Shown: positions 1 through 9,334 of the stretch, in pieces
Position numbering within the stretch: position 1 is the first letter of the stretch
How the letters are laid out: each line of letters opens with the position of its first letter
NCBI GenBank assembly: GCA_963806225.1
Contig: CAWDXG010000001.1
Span: 320,001 to 384,000 of the forward strand
DNA length: 64,000 bases
Reading direction: 5' to 3'
From: an uncultured delta proteobacterium
Lineage (GTDB): Bacteria; Myxococcota_A; Polyangia; Polyangiales; Polyangiaceae
Notes under the pieces: model-generated
What the model saw: the letters and a program-made list of their open reading frames with translations, nothing else
The model's database searches: none
Told to the model about the DNA's origin: nothing
Translations under genes and position numbers: made by a program

Positions 1-277
1 GTGCGAGCAGGCGCGACTCGCCCGCCCAGCGAGCGCTCCGCCCGCACCGCTCGCGCGCATACGCGCCGAGCGACGAGAACCCGAGCTCGTGATGCCCGCC
101 TCGTTGCGCCAAGAACTCCAGCAGCTCGCCCAGCACCAGCCGCGTCTGGCTCTCGCCCCGCACCAGCTTGGTCAGCCGCGCGTCGAGCCGCACCACCTCG
201 CCCGGCGGGGCCGCACGCGCCCGGCACACCCCCGCGTTGGACGGCCGCGTCCAAGCGACGGCGCCCCCAGAAAACAT
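1..277 (-). CDS. Partial CDS running off the window start: N-terminus resembling myxobacterial HNH-endonuclease/DUF222-like proteins
   Basis: Not in the ORF track. ATG at 277 opens an uninterrupted frame MFSGG...LDARLTKLVRGESQTRLVLGELLEFLAQRGGHHELGFSSLGAYARERCGRSARWAGESRLLA. The LGFSSLxxYARER pattern is typical of these proteins. The HNH domain itself would lie outside the window. Confidence 0.6.
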   Translation of the reverse strand, partial: MFSGGAVAWTRPSNAGVCRARAAPPGEVVRLDARLTKLVRGESQTRLVLGELLEFLAQRGGHHELGFSSLGAYARERCGRSARWAGESRLLA

Positions 278-564
278 GCGGGAAACCTAGTGACAGCTGA
301 ACAGATGTCAAGTACCAGATGAGGATATTCCAGTCCGGACCCGGGGCAGCGCGCCGGCTCGCGAAGGCGCCCGCCGCTGGCGCCAGCACGCACTGCTCGA
401 CAGCGGGCGAGCGTCCGCGCCAGGACGCAGTGCCCGACACGGAGCCGGTTGTGCCGCCGCCGCCGCCGCTACCCGCGGGTGGCCGCTCCGGGCATCGCTT
501 TGGCCGGTCGGGTCAACGACCGGAGGTGGGTGGATGTGCGACCGTCACCCTGGACGGTGAACTC

Positions 565-2093
565 ATGAAAAAGCGCGCGATTCAGGGACTCTGGGCGATG
601 GGGCTGATGCTGCTGGTGGGCTGCGGCGGGGTGCAGGACCAGACGACGGCGAACGAACGGCTCGTTCCGGTGCCGGTCCAGGATGGCGACCCGGCCAACG
701 GCGCCGTGTTCGCGACGGACGTGTCGTTCTGGGAGACGCCGCTCTCGCAGGCCGAGATGGACTGCTTCTGGGATTCGGGTGTCCGACACGTCATCGTCGG
801 CACGCAGGAGGAGGCCATCACGCGCGAGCAGCTCGCGATGGCGGTCTCGCGCGGCATGACCGTGGACGCCTATGTCTACCTCTACTGGGACACCGACATG
901 ACGGCGCAGGTGAAGCGGGCGTTTTCGCGCGTCTCGGGTTTTCCCATCGGTCGCATGTGGCTCGACATCGAGCAGGACCCGGGAAGCCTCGGTGCGGCGG
1001 CCGTCGTTTCGGATATCCAGCAGGCGGTCACGGCGTGCCAGGCCCAGGGCGGCGTCGAATGTGGGATCTACACCGGCAAGGGCTTCTGGCAGACGTACGC
1101 GGGCGATACCCAGGCGTTCTCGGACGTGCCGCTGTGGTGGGCCCACTACGACGGCAAGACGTTGCTCTCGACCTGGGCCGACGACGCCTTCGGCGGCTGG
1201 ACGATCCGGTCGCCAAGCAGTGGGCGACGAAGCCGCTGTGCGGCATCGGCGGCACCGACTGGGACTCGATGCAGGTCAGCGCGACGCCGACGGTCGTCGT
1301 CGATCGCAGCACGTCGCCCGACACCGGCGCGGTGCCGCCGGCTCCGACGGGTCTCTGGCCGGCGAACGGCGCGCAGCTGACCGACGACTACGCGAAGGTG
1401 ATGAGCGAGCTGGTTCCGCGCGCGACGCTCTACGACATCGCCGTGGAGCGCTACATCGGCTCGAGCTGGACCACGTACTACACGTGGAAGAATCCGAACG
1501 CGTTCGTGAAGTTCTATCCGAACACGCCGAACGCGCTCTACCGCTTCCGGGTGCGCGCGCACAACTCGCACGGGATCGGGCCGTGGTCGGCGTGGTCGGT
1601 CTTCGAATTCGGGGACTACAACGGTACCTGGCCCAACACGACGCCTCCGCCGCCTCCCGCCCAGGATGCCGGAGCGCCGCCTCCCGCCCAGGATGCCGGA
1701 GCGCCGCCGAGCGCCGACGCCGGCGCGCCGCCGAGCGCCGACGCCGGCGCGCCGCCCTCCCAGGACGCCGGAGCGCCGCAGACGGACGCGGGGACTCCGC
1801 CTCCGCCGCCCTCCGGTGTTCCCGGCAACCTGACGCCCGATGGGGATCCGCTGCTCTCGACGTCCAGCGTCACGCTGTCGTGTTCGGCCGTTTCCGGCGC
1901 CACCGCGTACGAGTTCGCGATCGAGTTCCAGAGTGCGAGCGGCTTCTCGCCTTACTACACGTACCCGGCGACCAGCCCGTCGCGAACGTTCTACCCGCAG
2001 ATCCACGGTACCGATTACCGCTGGCGCGTGCGCGCGAAGGTCGCCGGGGCGTTCGGCGATTGGTCGAGCTACGCCACCTTCCAGTACAAGTAG
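565..2093 (+). CDS. GH25 (muramidase-like) lipoprotein with two FN3-like domains and a PxxDAGA linker; one frameshift near 1203
   Basis: Lipobox LLVGC. GH25 motifs DVSFWE, MWLDIE, GIYTG and LWWAHY in ORF 319..1380. The frame continues in ORF 957..2093 (AKQW..., YRFRVRAHN, YRWRVRAK). Span of 1529 nt means one base is missing. Confidence 0.8.
1650..1800 (+). repeat. Coding tandem repeats (24-27 nt units) encoding PPPAQDAGA / PPSADAGA
   Basis: About six imperfect units are visible in both the DNA and the translation. Confidence 0.85.
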
Positions 2094-2154
2094 GCCGGCT
2101 CCGGGCTTCGGGCTCCGGTTGGTGCAACGCGCGGGGTGATCTAGCCTCCCAGGT

Positions 2155-3165
2155 GTGGCAGTTCGCGCTCCCACCATTGCCAGCGGCGCGATCCGGAAGC
2201 TCCTCGATGCGCTGGAGAGCGAAGGCGTAGATCCGGCACCCATGCTCGCCGACGTGGGGCTCGAGGCTGCGCTCGTCGCCGACCAGGACGGTCGCGTTCC
2301 CCTCGAGCGGCTGCACGCGCTCTGGGAGGCGGCGGTGCGAGCGATGCCCCGGATGGAGGCGGCGGTTGTCGGCGCCGAGCGGTATGCCCCGGGCGACTAC
2401 GGCCTGGTCGGTTTCGTCGCGATGAACAGCACGACGCTCGGCGAGGCGATCCGGCACGCCGTGCGCTACCTGGGGCTATGGACGGACGACCCCGGCATCG
2501 AGCTCCACGACGACGGGACGCTCACCGTCTTCTACCGCACCCGCTTCGCCGATCGGTTGGGCCTGCGCCTCGCGACTGAAGCAACTCCCGCCGAGCTGTT
2601 GAACGGCGCGCGGGTAGTTACGCAGAAACGGATCACGCCGCTGGCGGTCCGGTTCGCACATCCGGCGCCCGCCGACACCTCGGCGCACCGGGCGTTCTTC
2701 GGCTGTCCGCTCGAGTTCGGAGCGCCGGACAACGCCATGCGGCTGGAGCCGGCCGACCTGGCGCTCTGCTTGCCCAAAGCCGACGCGCAGCTCGGCGCCT
2801 ATCTGCGCTCGCTCGCGAACCAGGCCCTCGAACGCCGCGGAGGCAGCGAGCCCGGCGAGCTCGGCCGCATCCGCGGAATCATCGCCGAGGAGCTGCAGCG
2901 CGGCGTTCCGACGCAAAGCGTCGTGGCGCAACGCCTCGCCACCAGTGAGCGCACGCTGCGCCGGCGGCTCGAGGCAGAGGGCACCTCGTTCCGGGCGCTG
3001 CTCGACGGGACCCGCGCCGAGCTGGCCAAGAACTATGTCCGCGATCGGAGCCTGCCACTCTCCGAGGTGGCGTTCCTGCTGGGCTTTTCCGAGCCGAGCG
3101 CTTTCCACCGGGCGTTCAAGCGCTGGACCGACTCGACGCCGAGCGCGTGGCGCGCCCGGGCGTAG
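2155..3165 (+). CDS. AraC-family transcriptional regulator (arabinose-binding-type N-terminal domain)
   Basis: C-terminal HTH with SERTLRRRL and EVAFLLGFSEPSAFHRAFKRW; N-terminal YGLVGFVAMNSTTLGEA. Confidence 0.92.
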   Translation: MAVRAPTIASGAIRKLLDALESEGVDPAPMLADVGLEAALVADQDGRVPLERLHALWEAAVRAMPRMEAAVVGAERYAPGDYGLVGFVAMNSTTLGEAIRHAVRYLGLWTDDPGIELHDDGTLTVFYRTRFADRLGLRLATEATPAELLNGARVVTQKRITPLAVRFAHPAPADTSAHRAFFGCPLEFGAPDNAMRLEPADLALCLPKADAQLGAYLRSLANQALERRGGSEPGELGRIRGIIAEELQRGVPTQSVVAQRLATSERTLRRRLEAEGTSFRALLDGTRAELAKNYVRDRSLPLSEVAFLLGFSEPSAFHRAFKRWTDSTPSAWRARA

Positions 3166-3193
3166 TGCATCGACGCCGCGCCGCGGGACGCGA

Positions 3194-3946
3194 TCAGAAC
3201 GTGTAGCGCAGCGCGGCGGCGATGATGAGGGCGAGGGCCGTCTGGTTGCTGCGCGAGCGGTCGAGGACGGTGTTGTAGTCGCGGACCCCGCCGTTCAGCG
3301 CGAGCGCGTAGTGCGGGTCGATCTGGTACCACTCGAGGCCCAGCGTGCCGCCGTAATACGGGCCAAGCGACGTCGAGTCGTTGTAGCCGTAGGTGATCAG
3401 CGAGTCGTTCGTCACCTTGGCGGCGCCGATGCTGCCCTGTGCGTAGATGCCGAAGCGATCGGTGGGCTTGATGGTCAACCGGGCGCCGCCGCCGAAACTG
3501 AACATGGCGTAGGTACGCGGCGTCGGCGGAGGGTGGGCGTAGGAGGTATTCGAGAGCGTGATGTCGCCCTCGCCGAACAGCATTGCCCACTTCACGGGTT
3601 CGAAGCCGACCTGCAGGTGGAACCACGGCGAGAGCGGAGTAACGCTCTTGAGCGCGCCGAGGTGTTGCAGCGCCCCGATGCTCGACTCGACGACCAGGCC
3701 GTGGTGACGGGGTGGGGGAGGCGGCACCTCGGGCGCCGCGCCCTGGCCCGTGTCCTTCGTCTGGGGCAGGTTGCGCGAGTCGAGCCAGGCGGAGACCTCC
3801 TGCGGCGTGAGCTGGCGTGTCGCCGGTTCGTCCTTGGCGTCGGCAGCGCGCGCGACGGTCGGAAGGAACACGCCCAGAGCCAACGCGCCGGCCCAGAGAG
3901 AGCGGGCGCAGCCGAGCGGACGGTATCTGGAAGCCGGCGGCCGCAT
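3194..3946 (-). CDS. Exported protein, probable outer-membrane beta-barrel
   Basis: Signal peptide ending VARA, alternating hydrophobic beta-strands and C-terminal ...LRYTF. Start codon uncertain. Confidence 0.7.
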   Translation of the reverse strand: MRPPASRYRPLGCARSLWAGALALGVFLPTVARAADAKDEPATRQLTPQEVSAWLDSRNLPQTKDTGQGAAPEVPPPPPRHHGLVVESSIGALQHLGALKSVTPLSPWFHLQVGFEPVKWAMLFGEGDITLSNTSYAHPPPTPRTYAMFSFGGGARLTIKPTDRFGIYAQGSIGAAKVTNDSLITYGYNDSTSLGPYYGGTLGLEWYQIDPHYALALNGGVRDYNTVLDRSRSNQTALALIIAAALRYTF

Positions 3947-4002
3947 ACGCGAGGAGCCGTCAAGGTAGCCCGGCTTCTGCCCGAGGTCACGCGGGCCGTG
4001 GG

Positions 4003-4557
4003 TCACATGAAGTCCGAACGGCCCGCCAGGCTTGCGAACGGCAGTCCAGCCTCGCGAATCGTCTCGGCGCCGCCTTCCTCGCGGTCCACGAGCGCCAGGA
4101 TCCCGACCACCGTGGCCCCGGCTCCGGCGAGCGCTTCTACCGCCCGCAGGCTGGAGCCGCCGGTGGTGACCACATCTTCCAGCAACACGACCCGGATGCC
4201 GGGAAACAGCGACTTGTCGCCTTCCACGAGCTTGGCGCTGCCGTGGTCCTTCTGCGCCTTGCGGACGTAGAGTGCCGGCAGATCGCGCCCCTGCTGGTGG
4301 CTGACGAGAGAGACGGCGCTGGCCAGTGGGCAGCCGCCGAGCTCCACGCCGCCGACGGCGTCGCACCCGGGCAGCTCGGCGAGCGCCTGGAACATCAGCT
4401 CGCCGACGAGCGCGTGGCCCTCGGCGGTGAGCACGGTCTGCTTGCAGTCGATGAAGAAGTCGCTCTCGCGCCCCGAGGCGAGGACCACGCGCTTCTTCGC
4501 GAAGCTGCGCTCGCGGAGCAGCTCGACAAGGCGCTGGCGTCGCTTCTCGTCGATCAC
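4003..4557 (-). CDS. pyrE: Orotate phosphoribosyltransferase
   Basis: LASGRESDFFID, VRKAQKDHG and the PRPP-binding motif LLEDVVTTGGS. Confidence 0.95.
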   Translation of the reverse strand: MIDEKRRQRLVELLRERSFAKKRVVLASGRESDFFIDCKQTVLTAEGHALVGELMFQALAELPGCDAVGGVELGGCPLASAVSLVSHQQGRDLPALYVRKAQKDHGSAKLVEGDKSLFPGIRVVLLEDVVTTGGSSLRAVEALAGAGATVVGILALVDREEGGAETIREAGLPFASLAGRSDFM

Positions 4558-4560
4558 GCG

Positions 4561-5136
4561 CTACCTGCGGGTCTTCTTCTTCTTCTTGCGACCGCGCGTG
4601 CGCTTGCTGAGAGCCGGGACCACGGGAGGCGGGGGACGCCGCTTGGCCGCCTTCTTGCGCGGGGCCGCCTTTGCTGCCCGGGCCGGCGCCGCGGCCTTCT
4701 TCTTCGGGCTGCGGCGCGGAGCGGGCGCCGGGCGCGCGGCCCGCGGCGGTGCCGGCTCCTCGTGCTGGGCCGGCGTCTCGCTGCGTGCGCTCCGGGCGCG
4801 CGCAGCGGGTGCTGCGGGCTCGCCGTCGGTGCGCACGTTGCCGCGCACCAGCGCGCCGTCGGCGATGCCGATGCTGGGCCCACCGAGGTCGCCGACCACA
4901 CGCGCGCTGCTCTCCAGCAGCACCGCGTCCGTGCCGTGCAGGTTGCCGGCTACGGCTCCCGCCACCGAAATACGCGCGCCGCTCACGTTGCCCTTGACGG
5001 CGCCGTGCTCGCCGAGCGTCACGTCGCCGTCGACGTTGACGTCGCCCTCGACGCGCCCGTCGATCACGAGCGAACCCTCGCCGCGCACGTTGCCGCGCAC
5101 GACCGTTCCCTGTCCGATTGTCGAAGCAGCCGCCAT
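4561..5136 (-). CDS. Bactofilin with Pro/Lys/Arg-rich C-terminal tail (BacP-like)
   Basis: STIGQGTVVRGNVRGEGSLVIDGRVEG beta-helix repeats followed by a long basic, low-complexity tail. Confidence 0.88.
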   Translation of the reverse strand: MAAASTIGQGTVVRGNVRGEGSLVIDGRVEGDVNVDGDVTLGEHGAVKGNVSGARISVAGAVAGNLHGTDAVLLESSARVVGDLGGPSIGIADGALVRGNVRTDGEPAAPAARARSARSETPAQHEEPAPPRAARPAPAPRRSPKKKAAAPARAAKAAPRKKAAKRRPPPPVVPALSKRTRGRKKKKKTRR

Positions 5137-5147
5137 CGGTACTCCGC

Positions 5148-5463
5148 TCAGACTTCCATGTCGACGTTGCCCTTGAACGAGGCTCCGTCTGCGATAGTAA
5201 GCCGCGACGACTTCACGTCGCCGACGAGTCGTCCGCCGGCTTGCAGGTCGACCCGCTCGGCGACGTTGACGTTGCCCGTGACCTGCCCGGCGACGCTGAG
5301 CGCGGAGGCGCTGATGTCCGCCTCGACATTGCCGTCGGAATCCGACGCTGACCGCGTCGCTGCTGCTCAGGGTCCCGCGCAGGGTGCCGTGCACAACGAC
5401 CTCTTCGTCGCTCGTGACCTCACCTTCGACCGTGAGCCCTTCGCCAATCACCGTGCCTGCCAT
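5148..5463 (-). CDS. Bactofilin; +1 frameshift near 5340
   Basis: MAGTVIGEGLTVEGEV...; removing one base restores SDGNVEADISA...LTIADGASFKGNVDMEV* (stop at 5148). Confidence 0.85.
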
Positions 5464-5502
5464 CTCGCCTCGCTTAAAAGTGGGTGGGGTAGGGGGAGAG
5501 CG

Positions 5503-5865
5503 TCAGCGGCGGCGCCGCGTCGCCTCCAAATCCAGCTCGAAATCGGTCTCGAGACGCACGGCCACGCGCGCGCCCGGTTCGATCGTTACGCGCGAGCCCG
5601 AGAGCTCGCCCCGGACCACGGCGCCGGCGCGCACCAGGACCGGCCCGCGGGCCACCACGTCGCCCAGCAGCGTGCCGGCTACCTCGAGTGATTCGGCGTG
5701 GACGTTGCCTTCCACGGCCCCGCCCTCCGCGATCTCGGCGGGGCCCGTGATGGCCAGATCGCCGCGGAGTTGGCCCTCCACGCGGAGCCCGCCTTCGCCG
5801 TTGACCCGCCCGGTCAGCCGCGTTGCCGCACCGAGCACGCTCATGTCGGGGTTGTGCTTTGCCAT
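5503..5865 (-). CDS. Bactofilin
   Basis: SVLGAATRLTGRVNGEGGLRVEGQLRG...VTIEPGA repeats. Confidence 0.88.
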   Translation of the reverse strand: MAKHNPDMSVLGAATRLTGRVNGEGGLRVEGQLRGDLAITGPAEIAEGGAVEGNVHAESLEVAGTLLGDVVARGPVLVRAGAVVRGELSGSRVTIEPGARVAVRLETDFELDLEATRRRR

Positions 5866-5905
5866 GGGATCGCGGCGCGCACGCTAGTACAGGCGCGGCT
5901 CGCTG

Positions 5906-6604
5906 TCACCGGGGCGTGGAAGCGGCCAGAACCCGGGCGGCCCGGGAGACGGAGCGGAACAGCCCCCGCGCGTAGAGTAGGCGTTTTTCCGCTTCCGGAA
6001 GGTCGCCCGGCCGCCCGCGGGTGGCGGCCGCCAGTAGTATCGCGGCCGACACGCTCACGTTCAGGCTCTCGACGAAGCCGCGCATGGGGATCCGCACCGA
6101 GCGGGGTGCGGCCTGCTGCAGCGCCTCGCAGATGCCGTCGTGCTCGTTGCCGAGCACCAGCGCCAGCCGCTCGATGCCCGGGAGCTCCGCAGGTAGGAGT
6201 TCCCCTTCCGGGTGCGTCGCCACCAGCTCGAAGCCGCGCCGGCGCAGGGTCGAGATGGCCTCCTCCGGCGTCCGGTGGCGCACCACGTCAATCCAGCGCT
6301 CGGTGCCTTTGGCCACGCCCCCGGAGACGAGAAACGGCTCGTTGCGTGGCACGACGTGCAGCTCCTGCACTCCGAACGCGTCGCACGAGCGCATCACGGC
6401 CGCGCCGTTGTGCGGATCGTGCGGGGCATCCATCAGCACGGTCACGTTGCCGAGTCGCTCTGCGACGACCGAGCGCACGCGCTCGCGCCGCGGCTCCAGC
6501 ACCAGCGGCTCCAGCACGGCGATCACGCCTTCAGCGGTCCAGTCCGCGCTCCACGGCCAGCGGCTGCTGCCCGGTTCGAAGGCGTCCTCGGCGTTGCGGT
6601 CCAC
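5906..6604 (-). CDS. TrmH/SpoU-family RNA methyltransferase
   Basis: [23 protein letters not shown] and [14 protein letters not shown]. Confidence 0.92.
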   Translation of the reverse strand: MDRNAEDAFEPGSSRWPWSADWTAEGVIAVLEPLVLEPRRERVRSVVAERLGNVTVLMDAPHDPHNGAAVMRSCDAFGVQELHVVPRNEPFLVSGGVAKGTERWIDVVRHRTPEEAISTLRRRGFELVATHPEGELLPAELPGIERLALVLGNEHDGICEALQQAAPRSVRIPMRGFVESLNVSVSAAILLAAATRGRPGDLPEAEKRLLYARGLFRSVSRAARVLAASTPR

Positions 6605-6622
6605 GCGGCGGCACCCGCGGGT

Positions 6623-7639
6623 TCAGGCCAGCGACTGGCCGATGGCTGCACCCACCCGGGTCAGCTGGTCCATCATGTCGCTGAACATCTCGAAGGTCAG
6701 GGCCTGCGGACCGTCGCTGAGCGCCTTCTCGGGATCGGGGTGCACCTCGACCATCACGCCGTCCACGCCCGTCGCCACGGCGGCGCGCGCTAGCGGCGTG
6801 ACGGCGCGGGCGACGCCGCTGCCGTGCGAGGGATCGACGACCACCGGCAGGTGCGTGATATCGCGGAGTAGCGGCACGATGCCGAGATCCAGCGTGTTGC
6901 GCGTCATGGTCTCGAAGGTGCGGATGCCGCGCTCGCACAGGATGACCTGGTAGTTGCCGCGCGACACGATGTACTCGGCCGCCATCAGCCACTCCTTCAC
7001 CGTCGAGGAGAGCCCGCGCTTGAGCATCACCGGCTTGCCCAGGTTGCCGACGGCTTCGAGGAGCGAGAAGTTCTGCATGTTGCGCGCGCCGATCTGCAGG
7101 ATATCGGCGTACTTCGCCACCAGCGGCAGCGTCTCGGTGTCCTTCACCTCGGTGATGACCGGCATGCCGGTCTCTTCACGCGCTTCGGCCAGAAGCTGCA
7201 GGCCTTCCTCGCGCAGACCCTGGAAGTCGTAGGGGCTGGTCCGCGGCTTGAACGCGCCGCCGCGCAGCACGGTGGCGCCGTGTTCGCGCACGTGGCGTGC
7301 GGTCGACATCACCTGCTCGCGGCTTTCCACCGAGCAGGGGCCGGCCATGACCGTGAGCGCGCCGCCGCCGATGCGTGTGTTGCCTACCTCGACCACGGTG
7401 TCGTCCGGCTTCACCTCGCGGCTGACCAGCTTGTAGGGACGGCTGACCGGCACAGCGTCCTGCACGCCGGGCAGGCGATTGAACAGCGCGGGATCGAGGG
7501 CGCCCTTGTTGCCGGTGATGCCGATCGCGAGGCGCACCGCGCCCGGTATCTGGTTGGGGGTCAGGCCCAGCTCCTTCACGCGGTCGCAAACCGCGTCGAT
7601 CTGCTCCGCGGTCGCGTTGGACTTCATCATGATCAGCAT
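6623..7639 (-). CDS. aroF: 3-deoxy-7-phosphoheptulonate (DAHP) synthase, type I-beta with N-terminal regulatory domain
   Basis: [41 protein letters not shown] and DPSH. Confidence 0.95.
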   Translation of the reverse strand: MLIMMKSNATAEQIDAVCDRVKELGLTPNQIPGAVRLAIGITGNKGALDPALFNRLPGVQDAVPVSRPYKLVSREVKPDDTVVEVGNTRIGGGALTVMAGPCSVESREQVMSTARHVREHGATVLRGGAFKPRTSPYDFQGLREEGLQLLAEAREETGMPVITEVKDTETLPLVAKYADILQIGARNMQNFSLLEAVGNLGKPVMLKRGLSSTVKEWLMAAEYIVSRGNYQVILCERGIRTFETMTRNTLDLGIVPLLRDITHLPVVVDPSHGSGVARAVTPLARAAVATGVDGVMVEVHPDPEKALSDGPQALTFEMFSDMMDQLTRVGAAIGQSLA

Positions 7640-7809
7640 CGGCAGATCCTTCCCATGCCCCGCCCCGGGGCCGGCACATGTAGCACAAACCCGCGTAAAT
7701 GCGCCACAAAGCCCCCGGCGTGGGTCGGCGACCTGCTCGGCGGGGCTTTCCTGTCGGCGATCCGGGGATTATGTTCTCGCCCCCCAGCTAGTTTTCCGGA
7801 GCAGTTTTC

Positions 7810-8133
7810 ATGGCATCTCAGAACGTTCACGTCTTCAACGATCTCAACTTCGACGAAGAAGTCCTGAAGTCCGACGTACCCGTCCTCGTCGACTTCACAG
7901 CGACCTGGTGCGGTCCCTGCAAAGCGCTCGCTCCCATCGTCGATCAGGTCGCCGAGGAGCTGAACGGCAAGCTCAAGGTCGGCAAGCTCAACGTCGACGA
8001 GGCACCTGTCACCGCCGGCAAGTACGGCGTTCGCGGCGTGCCCACCGTGATGGTGTTCAAGAACGGCGAGCGGGCGGCCCAGCATGTCGGCCTCACCACC
8101 AAGCAGAAGCTGATCGCGCTGGTCAACGTCTGA
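7810..8133 (+). CDS. trxA: Thioredoxin
   Basis: WCGPC active site in a 107-aa protein. Confidence 0.96.
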   Translation: MASQNVHVFNDLNFDEEVLKSDVPVLVDFTATWCGPCKALAPIVDQVAEELNGKLKVGKLNVDEAPVTAGKYGVRGVPTVMVFKNGERAAQHVGLTTKQKLIALVNV

Positions 8134-8167
8134 GCGCGCGAGCGGAGCGAAAGCTCCGTCACCACAC

Positions 8168-9283
8168 ATGGCTCGTCGCGGGCGTCGCCGAAGACGCTTC
8201 GTCCTCTTCGCGCACACGTTGACCGCGGTCGTCCATATCGTCCCGGCCATGGCTCTTTCCGCGCTGCTGCCGGTCTGGGTGGCGGTGCTGCTCGCGCTGT
8301 CGCTCTGGGTGCTGACCGCCCTCAGATTGCACGCTCTGGCGTTGGACCGGCGGCGTCCGCGTTGGCTGACGCACCTCGTCGACGAGCCGGTGTTCTGGCA
8401 CTGGGGAGGCTGTCTGGTCGGTCTGCCGCTGCTCGCGGCGGCTGTGCCCGTTGCGGTGCTCGGCGGGTGGTCGCCGGCGCGCGCGGCACTCGCGGCGTAC
8501 GCGCTGGGCCTGGTCGTCAGCGCGTGGAGTGTGTGGGGGATCCGGCGTCGCCCTCGCGTGCGGCGGGTGGACGTGGCGATCGCCGGGCTACCGCCCCAGC
8601 TTGACGGCTACGCGGTCGCGCAGCTCAGCGATCTGCATATCGGAAGCTTCGATCCGCCTTCGCGCGGCGCGCGCTGGGTCGAGCTCTGCAACGCGCTCCA
8701 GCCCGATCTGACCGTCGTGACCGGCGATCTGGTGACCTCGGGCGTCGAGTTCTACGACGACACCGCCGAGCTCCTGGGCCAGCTCAGCGCCCGCGACGGT
8801 GTGCTCGTGACGATGGGCAACCACGACCAGTGGGACGCCGAGCGGTTCATCGCCGCCATTCGCGCCCGTGGTCCCGCGGTGCTCCTGAACGAGTGGACGT
8901 GCGTGGTCCGCGATGGCGCCACGCTGGTGGTGGCGGGGCTCGATGACCGTTTCGCGCAGCGCGACGACCTCGAACAGGCGCTTTCCGGTCGACCGGTGGG
9001 GGCTCCGACGCTGCTCTTGTCGCACTACCCCGATTTCTTCGAGCGCGCCGCGGAGCGGGGCGTGGAGCTCGTGCTCAGCGGTCACACCCACGGCGGGCAG
9101 TTCGGCCTGCCGTTCGTCGGGGAGCGCTACAACATCGCCACGCTCGCCGGGACGTGGCCGCGCGGGCTGTTTCGTTCGGGCTCGAGCCAGCTGTACGTGA
9201 ACGCCGGGCTGGGTACCACGGGGCCGCCGATGCGGCTCGGCGTGCCCCCGGAGATCGCGCTCCTGGTGCTCAGGCGGGGCTGA
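8168..9283 (+). CDS. Membrane-anchored metallophosphoesterase (YkuE/YaeI-like)
   Basis: N-terminal TM helices; DLH, GD, GNHD and GHTHGGQ motifs. Confidence 0.9.
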   Translation: MARRGRRRRRFVLFAHTLTAVVHIVPAMALSALLPVWVAVLLALSLWVLTALRLHALALDRRRPRWLTHLVDEPVFWHWGGCLVGLPLLAAAVPVAVLGGWSPARAALAAYALGLVVSAWSVWGIRRRPRVRRVDVAIAGLPPQLDGYAVAQLSDLHIGSFDPPSRGARWVELCNALQPDLTVVTGDLVTSGVEFYDDTAELLGQLSARDGVLVTMGNHDQWDAERFIAAIRARGPAVLLNEWTCVVRDGATLVVAGLDDRFAQRDDLEQALSGRPVGAPTLLLSHYPDFFERAAERGVELVLSGHTHGGQFGLPFVGERYNIATLAGTWPRGLFRSGSSQLYVNAGLGTTGPPMRLGVPPEIALLVLRRG

Positions 9284-9334
9284 GGCCGCTCCCGCTCGCG
9301 CGCGCACGCGACGGACCGGCGCGCCGGCGCTAGG

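Noticed and set aside
5330..5350. Programmed frameshifting or a fused double bactofilin (ORF 4561..5463)
   Set aside because: No slippery heptamer is present. Removing one base gives a normal bactofilin with its own stop, and the next gene has its own RBS (GGAG) and ATG.
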